Shown here piece after piece: positions 37,764-46,338 of a stretch of 64,000 nt of DNA. The stretch comes from Nitrososphaeria archaeon (GTDB taxonomy: Archaea; Thermoproteota; Nitrososphaeria; JACIWG01), in NCBI GenBank assembly GCA_963752255.1, contig CAVVXT010000019.1:465686-529685 (forward strand), in the 5' to 3' direction. Every line of letters begins with the position of its first letter. Within the stretch, counting starts at the first letter, position 1. The position numbers and the translations under genes are program-made. A model generated the notes under the pieces. That model was not told the DNA's origin, searched no databases, and saw only the letters and a program-made list of their open reading frames with translations.

Positions 37764-37879
37764 AATATAAAGGTAGTTAAGATTTGTTCATAACTATTGT
37801 GAAATTATCTTATAAAAATATAAAAAGGATAAATATGGATATAATATGCCCATTATGGCAATGATAATGACCTAAAATG
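37764..37879 (+). repeat. 116-bp direct repeat, copy 1 (promoter/leader module upstream of RAM-domain gene 1)
   Basis: aatataaaggtagttaagatttgttcataactattgtgaaattatcttataaaaatataaaaaggataaatatggatataatatgcccattatggcaatgataatgacctaaaatg; identical to 38754-38869. Confidence 0.9.
37809..37828 (+). promoter_or_regulatory. Candidate BRE/TATA box inside repeat copy 1 (cttataaaaatataaaaagg)
   Basis: A/T-rich TATA-like octamer about 100 nt upstream of RAM gene ATG; same element at 38799-38818 in copy 2. Confidence 0.35.
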
Positions 37880-37927
37880 CCCAAACAAACGAAAAGGGAT
37901 GGAAAGTAAATCAATGAGGAGAAAAGG

Positions 37928-38164
37928 ATGAAAGCATACATTCTAATAAGAACAAAACCTGGAACCTCGTTGGAAGTAGTCAAGAGAATAAAAGAGAAAA
38001 CCAAAGAAATGATCGCAGCAGACGCCATATTTGGCCAATACGATGCAGTCATGATTATTGAGGCCTCAGCCCTTGAGAACATAAACCAAATAGTGTACAG
38101 GACAGTTGAAAAAGACCCAGACGTTATTCGCACGGAAACATCTATTGTGCTAGCACCTGTTTAA
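37928..38164 (+). CDS. Stand-alone Lrp/AsnC C-terminal (RAM) ligand-binding domain protein
   Basis: 78 aa; MKAYILIRTKPG...FGQYDAVMIIEA...VIRTETSIVL = beta-alpha-beta-beta-alpha-beta RAM pattern; GGAGA SD-like sequence 8 nt upstream. Confidence 0.65.
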   Translation: MKAYILIRTKPGTSLEVVKRIKEKTKEMIAADAIFGQYDAVMIIEASALENINQIVYRTVEKDPDVIRTETSIVLAPV

Positions 38165-38753
38165 CCTTCAAGCAGGGATCTGGGAGTAGCTTTCAAACAA
38201 GTCGCAAGCCAATTCAGCCAGTAGAATTAGGGTCTCTGGGAAAATTCTCAGACAATCCCTCTTCGATTTTTCTAAAATACGTGGGCTTCTAGCCTCTTAC
38301 GTTTTTCAGAACTGGACCATTCATAGTTGGTTGCTAGCCAAAGTATAAGGAAATCTTGGTGGCTAAGATTTTCCCAGAAATGCATGAGTTGAGGGTCATT
38401 GCGGTACTGTCATGGAAACACATCATCATTAAAAATTATTGGAGAAGACGTTTTTCAAAGAAGAATGCCAAAAGCATTCCCTATGCATCATTTGAGGAAA
38501 GACATACTGTGGGAAAAAACTGAAAAGGGCATCTACCTTCACAGTTTTGTTCTTTAAAATCTACCAAGCGGTTTTTTAAAAAAACTGGTGTTAGCTAAAG
38601 GCCAACTCAGACAGATGATGAGTTATCATGGTTAAATATCATTTTTGATTTCGGCACGCAGCTTTATTGTTATTACAGCTACAGAACCTATTATTACAAA
38701 TGTCCAGAACAAATTTACCACGCCAAACATTATCTTATTCACCTTTAGTTTAG

Positions 38754-38869
38754 AATATAAAGGTAGTTAAGATTTGTTCATAACTATTGTGAAATTATCT
38801 TATAAAAATATAAAAAGGATAAATATGGATATAATATGCCCATTATGGCAATGATAATGACCTAAAATG
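38754..38869 (+). repeat. 116-bp direct repeat, copy 2; its terminal ATG is the start codon of RAM-domain gene 2
   Basis: 100% identical to 37764-37879 by manual alignment. Confidence 0.9.
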
Positions 38870-39133
38870 ACAATCTTAGCTTTCGTTGATATCTTCGTGG
38901 AATCTACTGAAATGGATGATGTCATATCATCTTTGAAGTTGCTTGAAAATCTCCTAGAGCTTTATGAGGTAACGGGTGAAGAAGATATTGTGACTTTGGT
39001 TTCCGCGGATGACATAGAAGAGTTCAGGGAGGTTCTGAAGAACAAAATAATGAAGATCAAAGGTGTCAAAAGCACGGTTAGCTCGATTGTTCTCAAGGCT
39101 CACAAGGGGCCAAAATGTGAAGAGGAAATGTAA
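38867..39133 (+). CDS. Stand-alone Lrp/AsnC C-terminal (RAM) domain protein, paralog 2
   Basis: 88 aa; MTILAFVDIFVE...YEVTGEEDIVTLVSADDIEEFREVL...IKGVKSTVSSIVL matches RAM fold pattern; sequence clearly different from paralog 1. Confidence 0.6.
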   Translation: MTILAFVDIFVESTEMDDVISSLKLLENLLELYEVTGEEDIVTLVSADDIEEFREVLKNKIMKIKGVKSTVSSIVLKAHKGPKCEEEM

Positions 39134-39261
39134 CGGTCAACGTTAGCTTGATTTCTTGATTAATAGGGTGGAAATCAAAATGCCAAAATCAATATCGCTG
39201 CTATAATGGAGGAAAGGAGTCACAGTGAACTGGTTTGTTGGCCTTTGGAGTTTCGGAATAA

Positions 39262-40920
39262 TTGATAGATGCAGTTCAAGCTCTGGCAGTAGTTTTAATA
39301 CTTGGCGTGACAGTGGCTCTTGCGAAGCTGCTTGCGCCGTACATAACGCGAGTCTACACTCGAGCTCCAAGCCGTTTAGATAAGATACTGAGTCCTGTTG
39401 AGAACTTTATTTACAAACTGGGTGGTGTGAACCCTGACGAGGTGATGGGTTGGAAGCAGTACTTCCTTTCTGGCTTTCTGCTTAACGTCACCCAAATGGT
39501 AATTGGTTTTTTAATTTTGGTTTTTCAAGGCCACTTGCCTCTTAATCCTCAAGGTTTTCCTGGCTTAAGTTGGGATTTAGCCCTTAACACGGTTGTTTCG
39601 TTTGCCACAAACACGAATCTCCAGCATTACAATGGTGAAGCCACGCTTTCTATTTTTAGTCAGATGACCGCCATTCAATTTCTTCAATGTATCTCTGCTG
39701 CGACTGGCATATGCATGGGAATTGCCATGGTACGGGGTTTCATCGTAGGTTCCAGAGACATGGGGAACTTCTATGTTGACTTTGTTAGAACCATCACCAG
39801 AATCCTTTTGCCCCTTTGCATTATTGCTTCAGTTATTCTTGTCGCAATGGGTGTTCCTCAAAGTCTTAATGCCTCCTCTGCTGTGAAAACCGTTGAAGGA
39901 ACCACACAATCGATCCTCATCGGGCCTGTTGCGAGCCTTACGTCAATTATGCAGTTGGGAACCAACGGCGGCGGGTACTATGGCGCGAACGCTGCCTATC
40001 CATTCATGAATCCGAGCCCTTACTCAGACATATTTGAGATTGCATTGATGATGCTACTTCCTTTTGCTTTGTGTTTTGTTTTCGGAGAGTTGCTTGGTAA
40101 GAGACGGGAATCTAGGCCTCTTTTGTGGGGTGCGTTAATTCTTATCGGAGTTAATTTGGCGATAGCCTCCTTTCCGAGCATTCCACTCGTTGCGCCTGGT
40201 ATTGAAACGAGGTTTGGAGGTTTCATGTCCATTTTTTGGACTGTCATAACTACTGCCTTTACGACTGGGTCTGTAAACTCTTCGTTGTCGGCGATGCATC
40301 CGCTGGTGATAGTTTCGGCGTTCATGGGCATGTTCGTTCAGTCAATCCCTGGCGGAAAGGGTGTTGGCATGATGTACATGATAATGTTCATTATCATAAC
40401 TGTCTTCATTGTGGGTCTCATGTCCGGTAGAACGCCTGAATACTTGGAAATTAAGATCACTGGGCAAGATGTGCTGCTTGTTATGATAACTTTTCTAATC
40501 CACCCAATTATTATCCTAATCCCTACTGTTGTCGCATATGCTTCAGGTGCGGCTTCGGCTATCGGCGTGAGCGGTAGCTCTACTGGATACACTCAGATTT
40601 TGTATGAATTTACAACATCTGCTGCAAACAACGGTTCCGATTTCTTGGGGGCATCAGGAAACACTCTCTTCTTCAACCTGAGCACTGCCATAGTCATTTT
40701 CATTGGGCGTTATGCTCCCATCTCGATCCTTCTTGCGCTCTCGGGCTCAATGATTGGGAGAAAACGAGGCGGTACAACAGGTCTAAGGACTGACAGCCCA
40801 GTATTCACTATAGTCCTAGTCGCAAGCATCATCATACTAGTTGTTTTGACTTTCTTCCCATTCTTGGCATTAGGGCCGATTTCGTCATTCTTTAAAGGGT
40901 TGGTGAATGGTTATGGGTAA
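39262..40920 (+). CDS. kdpA: Potassium-transporting ATPase subunit A
   Basis: 552 aa, ~10 TM, KdpA-typical selectivity-filter-like NGGG (LGTNGGGYYGANAAYP) and overall colinearity. Confidence 0.85.
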   Translation: MIDAVQALAVVLILGVTVALAKLLAPYITRVYTRAPSRLDKILSPVENFIYKLGGVNPDEVMGWKQYFLSGFLLNVTQMVIGFLILVFQGHLPLNPQGFPGLSWDLALNTVVSFATNTNLQHYNGEATLSIFSQMTAIQFLQCISAATGICMGIAMVRGFIVGSRDMGNFYVDFVRTITRILLPLCIIASVILVAMGVPQSLNASSAVKTVEGTTQSILIGPVASLTSIMQLGTNGGGYYGANAAYPFMNPSPYSDIFEIALMMLLPFALCFVFGELLGKRRESRPLLWGALILIGVNLAIASFPSIPLVAPGIETRFGGFMSIFWTVITTAFTTGSVNSSLSAMHPLVIVSAFMGMFVQSIPGGKGVGMMYMIMFIIITVFIVGLMSGRTPEYLEIKITGQDVLLVMITFLIHPIIILIPTVVAYASGAASAIGVSGSSTGYTQILYEFTTSAANNGSDFLGASGNTLFFNLSTAIVIFIGRYAPISILLALSGSMIGRKRGGTTGLRTDSPVFTIVLVASIIILVVLTFFPFLALGPISSFFKGLVNGYG

Positions 40921-43087
40921 TGCACCTAAGATCGAACCACGGAAGAAAGATTCAGCTCCCGGAGGCGTGAAATCGGCTTTTTCAAGCAAGGTGCTGGTTG
41001 ACTCAATAGTCAGACTAAGTCCGAAGTCACTGGTCAAGAACCCTGTTATGCTGATCGTCGAAATAACATTCTTCATCGTGGCGGCAATGGCTATTGTTCC
41101 TAAGGCCTTTATACCCGTTGCGAGTCCGAGTCTGCAAATCTTCTACGTTGAAATAGCCTCCATCCTTCTTATTACGGTCTGGTTTAGTACCCTGTCGGAT
41201 GCCCTTGCGGAGCAGCAGGCAAAACAAACGGCTGGAAGCTTGCGCAAGCTAGAAACAGAAGTGCTTAGCAAGAAAATCTTGACCGAGGAATGGACTAGAA
41301 AAGTTATCACGGTGAAATCAAATGAGCTCAGAAAGGACGATCTGATCCTTCTCGAGAAAGGTGACGTAGTTCCCTTGGATGCTCATGTTCTTGAGGGAAT
41401 TGCTATGATAGATGAATCTCTCGTCACGGGCGAATCCGCGCCGGTAAGGAAAGCGCCGGGGGACCCGTTGATTGGTGGTTCACGAGTGGTTAGTGATACT
41501 TTGACGGCGAAGGTTACTACGAACCCTGGTGATACTTTCATCGATCAGATGATAAAGATGGTCGAGTCTTCGAAGAGACCGAAAACGCCCAACGAAATAG
41601 CAATTACTATCGTTCTAATTGGTCTTACTGCGATTTTCACTATAATAATAGTGGCGTTGCTTGGAATGTCTGTTACGCTTCGTCTTAATGCTGATCTTTC
41701 GGTTCTCATAGCGCTTTACGTTTGCCTTCTGCCGACAACAATAGGTGCATTATTGCCTGCAATTGGGTTATCAGGAATGTCACGATTGTACAAGCACAAG
41801 ATTATTGCAAAGTCGGGCAAAGCTATTGAGACTGCAGGTGATACGGATGTTGTACTTCTGGATAAAACCGGCACAATTACTGTAGGGAACCGGCTGGCAA
41901 TCGAATTTATACCGCTTGAAGGATTTACCGAACGTGATGTGGGTGAAGCAGCCTTCCTCTCGTCTTGGCACGATGATACGCCTGAGGGGCGAAGTATCCT
42001 TAGACTCGCGTACGAAAGAGGGTGGGTGCCCAACGAAATAAATGCTCTGTCAACGTCGAGAGTTCAACCATTCTCAGCTAGTACGCGGACCAGCGGAGTG
42101 CAGATAACTCAACACTTGGGTATGAAGCTGCTGAAGGGTGGCAGATCTATCGACGAAAGGCTTCGAATCAGGAGAAAATCTTCCTCAGCCACCAAAGCAA
42201 CTGTTTCTATGCCAGAACCTGAAATCGAAATAATAAAGGGTGCCCCGGAATCGATAAAGAAACTTGTGCCTTCCGTTCCTACTAATTATGACACATTAGT
42301 GGAGAAGATTTCGATGGCTGGGGAAACACCGATAGCCATCGCACGGAACGGCAAAGCCATCGGAGTCATTCGCTTGAAGGATGTTCTCAAGGAAGGCATT
42401 AGGGGGAAAATAGAAGCTCTCAAAACCATGGGGATACGTCCGGTTATGATTACCGGAGATCAGCCTTTGACCGCAAAGAGCATTGCGCATGAGGTCGGAA
42501 TCTATGAACACGTGGCCCAAGCGAAGCCTGAGGACAAGTTCAGCATCGCCAAAAAGGAGCAAGCTGAAGGTCTTATTGTAGCTATGATAGGTGATGGTAC
42601 TAATGACGCTCCAGCCCTTTCGGTTGCTGATGTAGGTCTGGCCATGAATTCTGGGACTGAGGCAGCGAAAGAAGCTGCGAACATGGTTGATTTGGAATCT
42701 AATCCTGCAAAAATAATTGACGTCATCATGCTGGGGAAACAATTGCTTATGACCCGTGGGGCTGTTACTACTTTCAGCATTGCTAATGATGTTGCAAAAT
42801 ATTTCGCTATAATGCCTGTTCTGTTTGGTGCTGCCATTCCCCAACTTCAGGCGTTGAACATACTTCATCTGGGGCTAAAGAGCGCTGTCTTGTCTGCATT
42901 GATATTTAATGCGATCATCATACCGTTGCTGATCCCTCTTGCGATGCGAGGCATCGAGTTTAAGCCTACCGATACCATGACTCTTTTCCTGAAGAATGCG
43001 TTGTTTTATGGTGTTGGCGGTGTCATCGTGCCTTTCGTAGGAATTAAGCTGATCGACCTGCTTCTCATAGGAGTTTTCCACGTTTAG
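40907..43087 (+). CDS. kdpB: Potassium-transporting P-type ATPase subunit B
   Basis: 726 aa; DKTGTIT phosphorylation motif, TGD, MIGDGTNDAPAL hinge; overlaps kdpA by 14 nt. Confidence 0.9.
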   Translation: MVMGNAPKIEPRKKDSAPGGVKSAFSSKVLVDSIVRLSPKSLVKNPVMLIVEITFFIVAAMAIVPKAFIPVASPSLQIFYVEIASILLITVWFSTLSDALAEQQAKQTAGSLRKLETEVLSKKILTEEWTRKVITVKSNELRKDDLILLEKGDVVPLDAHVLEGIAMIDESLVTGESAPVRKAPGDPLIGGSRVVSDTLTAKVTTNPGDTFIDQMIKMVESSKRPKTPNEIAITIVLIGLTAIFTIIIVALLGMSVTLRLNADLSVLIALYVCLLPTTIGALLPAIGLSGMSRLYKHKIIAKSGKAIETAGDTDVVLLDKTGTITVGNRLAIEFIPLEGFTERDVGEAAFLSSWHDDTPEGRSILRLAYERGWVPNEINALSTSRVQPFSASTRTSGVQITQHLGMKLLKGGRSIDERLRIRRKSSSATKATVSMPEPEIEIIKGAPESIKKLVPSVPTNYDTLVEKISMAGETPIAIARNGKAIGVIRLKDVLKEGIRGKIEALKTMGIRPVMITGDQPLTAKSIAHEVGIYEHVAQAKPEDKFSIAKKEQAEGLIVAMIGDGTNDAPALSVADVGLAMNSGTEAAKEAANMVDLESNPAKIIDVIMLGKQLLMTRGAVTTFSIANDVAKYFAIMPVLFGAAIPQLQALNILHLGLKSAVLSALIFNAIIIPLLIPLAMRGIEFKPTDTMTLFLKNALFYGVGGVIVPFVGIKLIDLLLIGVFHV

Positions 43088-43099
43088 GGATGATTAAAA

Positions 43100-43567
43100 A
43101 TGGGTTTGGAAAAAAAGGAAAAATGGAGTTTCAGACCGATTGTTACTCTTGCAGTTGTTTCGCTGATAATTTGTGGTATGCTTTTCCCTCTTTTCATAAC
43201 CGTGCTAGGTCAGGTGTTTTTTCCGTATCAGGCAAACGGCGAGATTGTGCAGTCCAATGGAGGGGCTGTAGGGTCAAACTTGATTTCCCAAAATTTTTCT
43301 TTGCCCATTTTCTTTCATGCACGGAATGATTCTGCTTCAGGAGTCGATCCGGATATCACGGTTCAAGATGCCTACTCGCAGATACCGAGAATAAGTAATG
43401 CAACCGGTATCTCAGCTGATTCCTTGATTGTCCTAGTTAACCAAAATAAAGAGGGTGCTTTGTGGATTTTCGGAAGCCCTTACGTGAATGTGCTCCGCAT
43501 TAATCTTGTCCTCATTAAATCGTATCCTTCCTTTTACAGCGGTTTCTCTGGAAAAAGGAACGGTTAG
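43100..43567 (+). CDS. kdpC: Potassium-transporting ATPase subunit C
   Basis: 155 aa; single N-terminal TM, GGAVGSNLISQNF...HARNDSASGVD resembles KdpC core. Confidence 0.7.
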   Translation: MGLEKKEKWSFRPIVTLAVVSLIICGMLFPLFITVLGQVFFPYQANGEIVQSNGGAVGSNLISQNFSLPIFFHARNDSASGVDPDITVQDAYSQIPRISNATGISADSLIVLVNQNKEGALWIFGSPYVNVLRINLVLIKSYPSFYSGFSGKRNG

Positions 43568-44937
43568 TCTTTCCCCATCGTTTTTGATACAAGCTTTTGA
43601 ATACCGGAGCTGTATTGCATAGCTTTCTTAGGGTAGAGGTAGATTTCTTCGGACAGCCCCAGTTCCTTTGCTACAGATCTGAGAACCACTTTCCTTTCTT
43701 CACTTACCCTATTTATCTTAAAATCCACTGGCAACGAAAACGCGGTTTCAGCTACCTTCTTGTTTATGAAAGGCATTATCGGTTCTGCGAACATCGAGAC
43801 GGAAGCCTCGTCCCTAGATATTTTATGACAGTGTAGTTCTTCAAAATCGGTTTTTAAAGTGTCTTCCAGCGATGTTGCACCACAAGTTCTAAGTATGTTC
43901 AAGTACTTCTGATATCCCCCAAGAAGTTCGTCTGCTCCCTGCCCGATTACAACGTGCTCTAATCCGACACGAGCTGCCTCCTCTGCAACAAGGTTCAAAA
44001 CCAAGGATATAGAAAAATCCATTGCGCTCATCTTGCCGAATGTCCTAGAAATAGCCATTATTCTCTTTTCTACCGATTCACTATTTACATAAAGTATATT
44101 GTTATCTAAGGAAAGAAGATCGGCAACCTTCTTGGCACGAACTGAGTCATGAGAGTCTTTGGCACATACAGTAAACAGAATGGGTGTAACACCAAGTGAT
44201 TCAATAAGTTTGGCTAGTACGGTGGAGTCAAGGCCTCCTGAAAAGGCGACTCCGACTCGTTTGATTCCCCTCAAATTTTCATGAACGGAGTACTCAAGCG
44301 ATGATTTCAAGGTTCTTGCAGAATCTTCTAGCCCTTCATCCTTTTTGTCAGGTGTTTCCACATGATAGTATCTTATTGTGTGAATGTCAATTCCCTCGCC
44401 AAATCTTGCATGCAATATCGAGCCTGAGGGAAGACAATCGCACTGTAACCCCAATAGGTGTAAAGGGTAGGGATCGCTTGTTAGTACAAAAAGTTCGTCC
44501 CCCTTAAAGAAGTAAAGGGGTTTGGAGGAAATTGGAGAACGTAAAGCAAGAAGCTGGCCTCCATCGACAATTGCGATTGAGAAATCTCCATCGATATCAA
44601 GAGAGAGACTTTGCTCGGCACAATTTTTAATGCCATTTTTTGTAATAAGGTGATGCATTTCTCTTATTCTTCTTTGGTTCCTCTCCTGATCAAATATTCT
44701 GCCATGAATCAAACCACTTGATAAATTTGATTCGTTTAATGGAAAAAAACATGAGACAACTCCATTTGGTCTTACATCTTCCAGAGCTTCCTTGAAGCTC
44801 AAGCCATCGTAAAAGACAATTTTTTCTTTTTTTCTATACTCCATCAGGTTTATTATTGGTCTAATAAAGCTGGCTAAAATTTTCCTTCCAAAGAATATGC
44901 AGTAGCCATTTGTTTTAGAGAAAACGTCACTTTCCAA
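43564..44937 (-). CDS. Asparagine-synthetase (AsnB)-like PP-loop ATPase lacking the N-terminal Cys nucleophile
   Basis: 457 aa; PP-loop VGVAFSGGLDSTVLAKL. N-terminal region retains AsnB glutaminase-domain-like blocks (DGDFSIAIVDGGQLLALRSPISSKPLYFF) but the protein starts MESDVF (no Cys2). Overlaps purB 3' end by 11 nt. Confidence 0.6.
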   Translation of the reverse strand: MESDVFSKTNGYCIFFGRKILASFIRPIINLMEYRKKEKIVFYDGLSFKEALEDVRPNGVVSCFFPLNESNLSSGLIHGRIFDQERNQRRIREMHHLITKNGIKNCAEQSLSLDIDGDFSIAIVDGGQLLALRSPISSKPLYFFKGDELFVLTSDPYPLHLLGLQCDCLPSGSILHARFGEGIDIHTIRYYHVETPDKKDEGLEDSARTLKSSLEYSVHENLRGIKRVGVAFSGGLDSTVLAKLIESLGVTPILFTVCAKDSHDSVRAKKVADLLSLDNNILYVNSESVEKRIMAISRTFGKMSAMDFSISLVLNLVAEEAARVGLEHVVIGQGADELLGGYQKYLNILRTCGATSLEDTLKTDFEELHCHKISRDEASVSMFAEPIMPFINKKVAETAFSLPVDFKINRVSEERKVVLRSVAKELGLSEEIYLYPKKAMQYSSGIQKLVSKTMGKD

Positions 44938-46292
44938 ATTTCTCCTTTATCCTTTTCAGGGTACCTTTAATTATCGCCTGAGAGCCTTCGATGTGGGCTT
45001 CCGGAATAAATATCCTATTAAGCTCGTCTTCACTTATTAGCCTGTTTATCTTTTCATCCTCCATAATCGCGTTTTTGAATTGTATCCCCTTAGATCTAGA
45101 TTTGGATGAAACTTCTCTCAATATCTTGTGCGCTTCTGAACGTGATATTCCCTTTTTCAACAAGGCATCAAGGGCGAATTCGGAATAAACTTGGCCCATC
45201 GTAATCTCAATATTTGCTTTAACCATGTCTTCTCTTATAACCATCTTTGCAAGTACCTTAAGTAAGGTGTCTAAAACATCATCGAGCAAAATAGCTGACA
45301 TGGGTATTATGAAACGTTCGTTTGCAGAATTAGTCAAGTCCCGTTCATGCCATAGTGGGATGTTTTCTAGAGCAACAGTGGGTAGAGAGCGCAGAAGCCT
45401 AGCTCAGGCTAGAGATTTTCTCACAGGAAATTGGGTTCCGCTTTGAAGGCACAGCAGAACTCCCTATCTGATCTTTGGAGAACTCTTCTTCAAATTCGCT
45501 AATTTCGGTTCTCGAAAGATTTCTGAATTCAGTGGCTATCTTGTCACATGTAGAAGCAACTAGAGCGCACCACCAGACGAATTCGGCATAGTTCTCCCTC
45601 GAAACGACCTGTGTTGCTGAGCTGACAGGGTACAGTCCAAGTTTAGATGCAGTAATCTCCATGACTTCTAATGCCTTAGAGCCGATAACTGAACCATTAC
45701 CCACGACACCCAGGGTCTTGCACATCATTACTCTTGGTCTAATTTCAGAGAGCCTATTCATATGAAGCAAACAATCATCGGCCCAAACGGAAAATTTCTG
45801 ACCGAAAGAGATTATTGAAGCGTGTTGTCCATGCGTTCTTCCAACAGAGGGAAGCGACGAATACTTTTCAGCGTTTTTTCCAAGTAAAAGGATTAGATTC
45901 TTAAGTTTCCCTTCAATTAGTTCGATATAATCCCTTAGTTGCAGAGAAAGAGAGGTGTCAAGAATATCTTGGCTCGTTAGACCATAATGAACCCAGGGTT
46001 TACTTTCGTCAGATACAACGGAAACAAGTGCCTCCACTAGGGAAGCTGTCTCATGCTTTGTAGTCTTTTCAATCTCTTTCCATTTCTCATAGGAAACCAA
46101 TTTTACATTAGATTTTAAAGCAATCTCTTTGGCTGCTTTCAATGGTATTAATCTCAAAGATGCCTCAGCGTTCGCGACAGCGGCTTCCACTTCGAGCATG
46201 TATTTGAGGCGAGATTCTTCAGTGAAAATTGCTTTAGACTCAACTGAACCGTATCTTCCGGAGTCTATCGGCAGCACTGGAACGCTTGACAT
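44927..46292 (-). pseudogene. purB: Adenylosuccinate lyase (purB) with a single +1 frameshift near 45399
   Basis: ORF 45399..46292 = PurB N-terminal 2/3 ending just after the GSSAVPSKRNPI signature (...CEKISSLS*). ORF 44927..45337 = PurB C-terminus. The C-terminal frame is open upstream to ARLLRSLPTVALENIPLWHERD, which matches PurB. Deleting the a in ctgAgctagg restores KISSLARLLRS continuity. Confidence 0.7.
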
Positions 46293-46338
46293 ATATTACA
46301 CGTTTGAGATTGAAAGGTTTTAAGTGTTTTGGAAGCTT

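Noticed and set aside
39225-39261. Hydrophobic GTG-initiated peptide (VNWFVGLWSFGII...) as possible KdpF
   Set aside because: Runs into kdpA in a different frame and continues as Ser/Cys-rich non-membrane text; no clean 25-30-aa TM peptide with its own stop.
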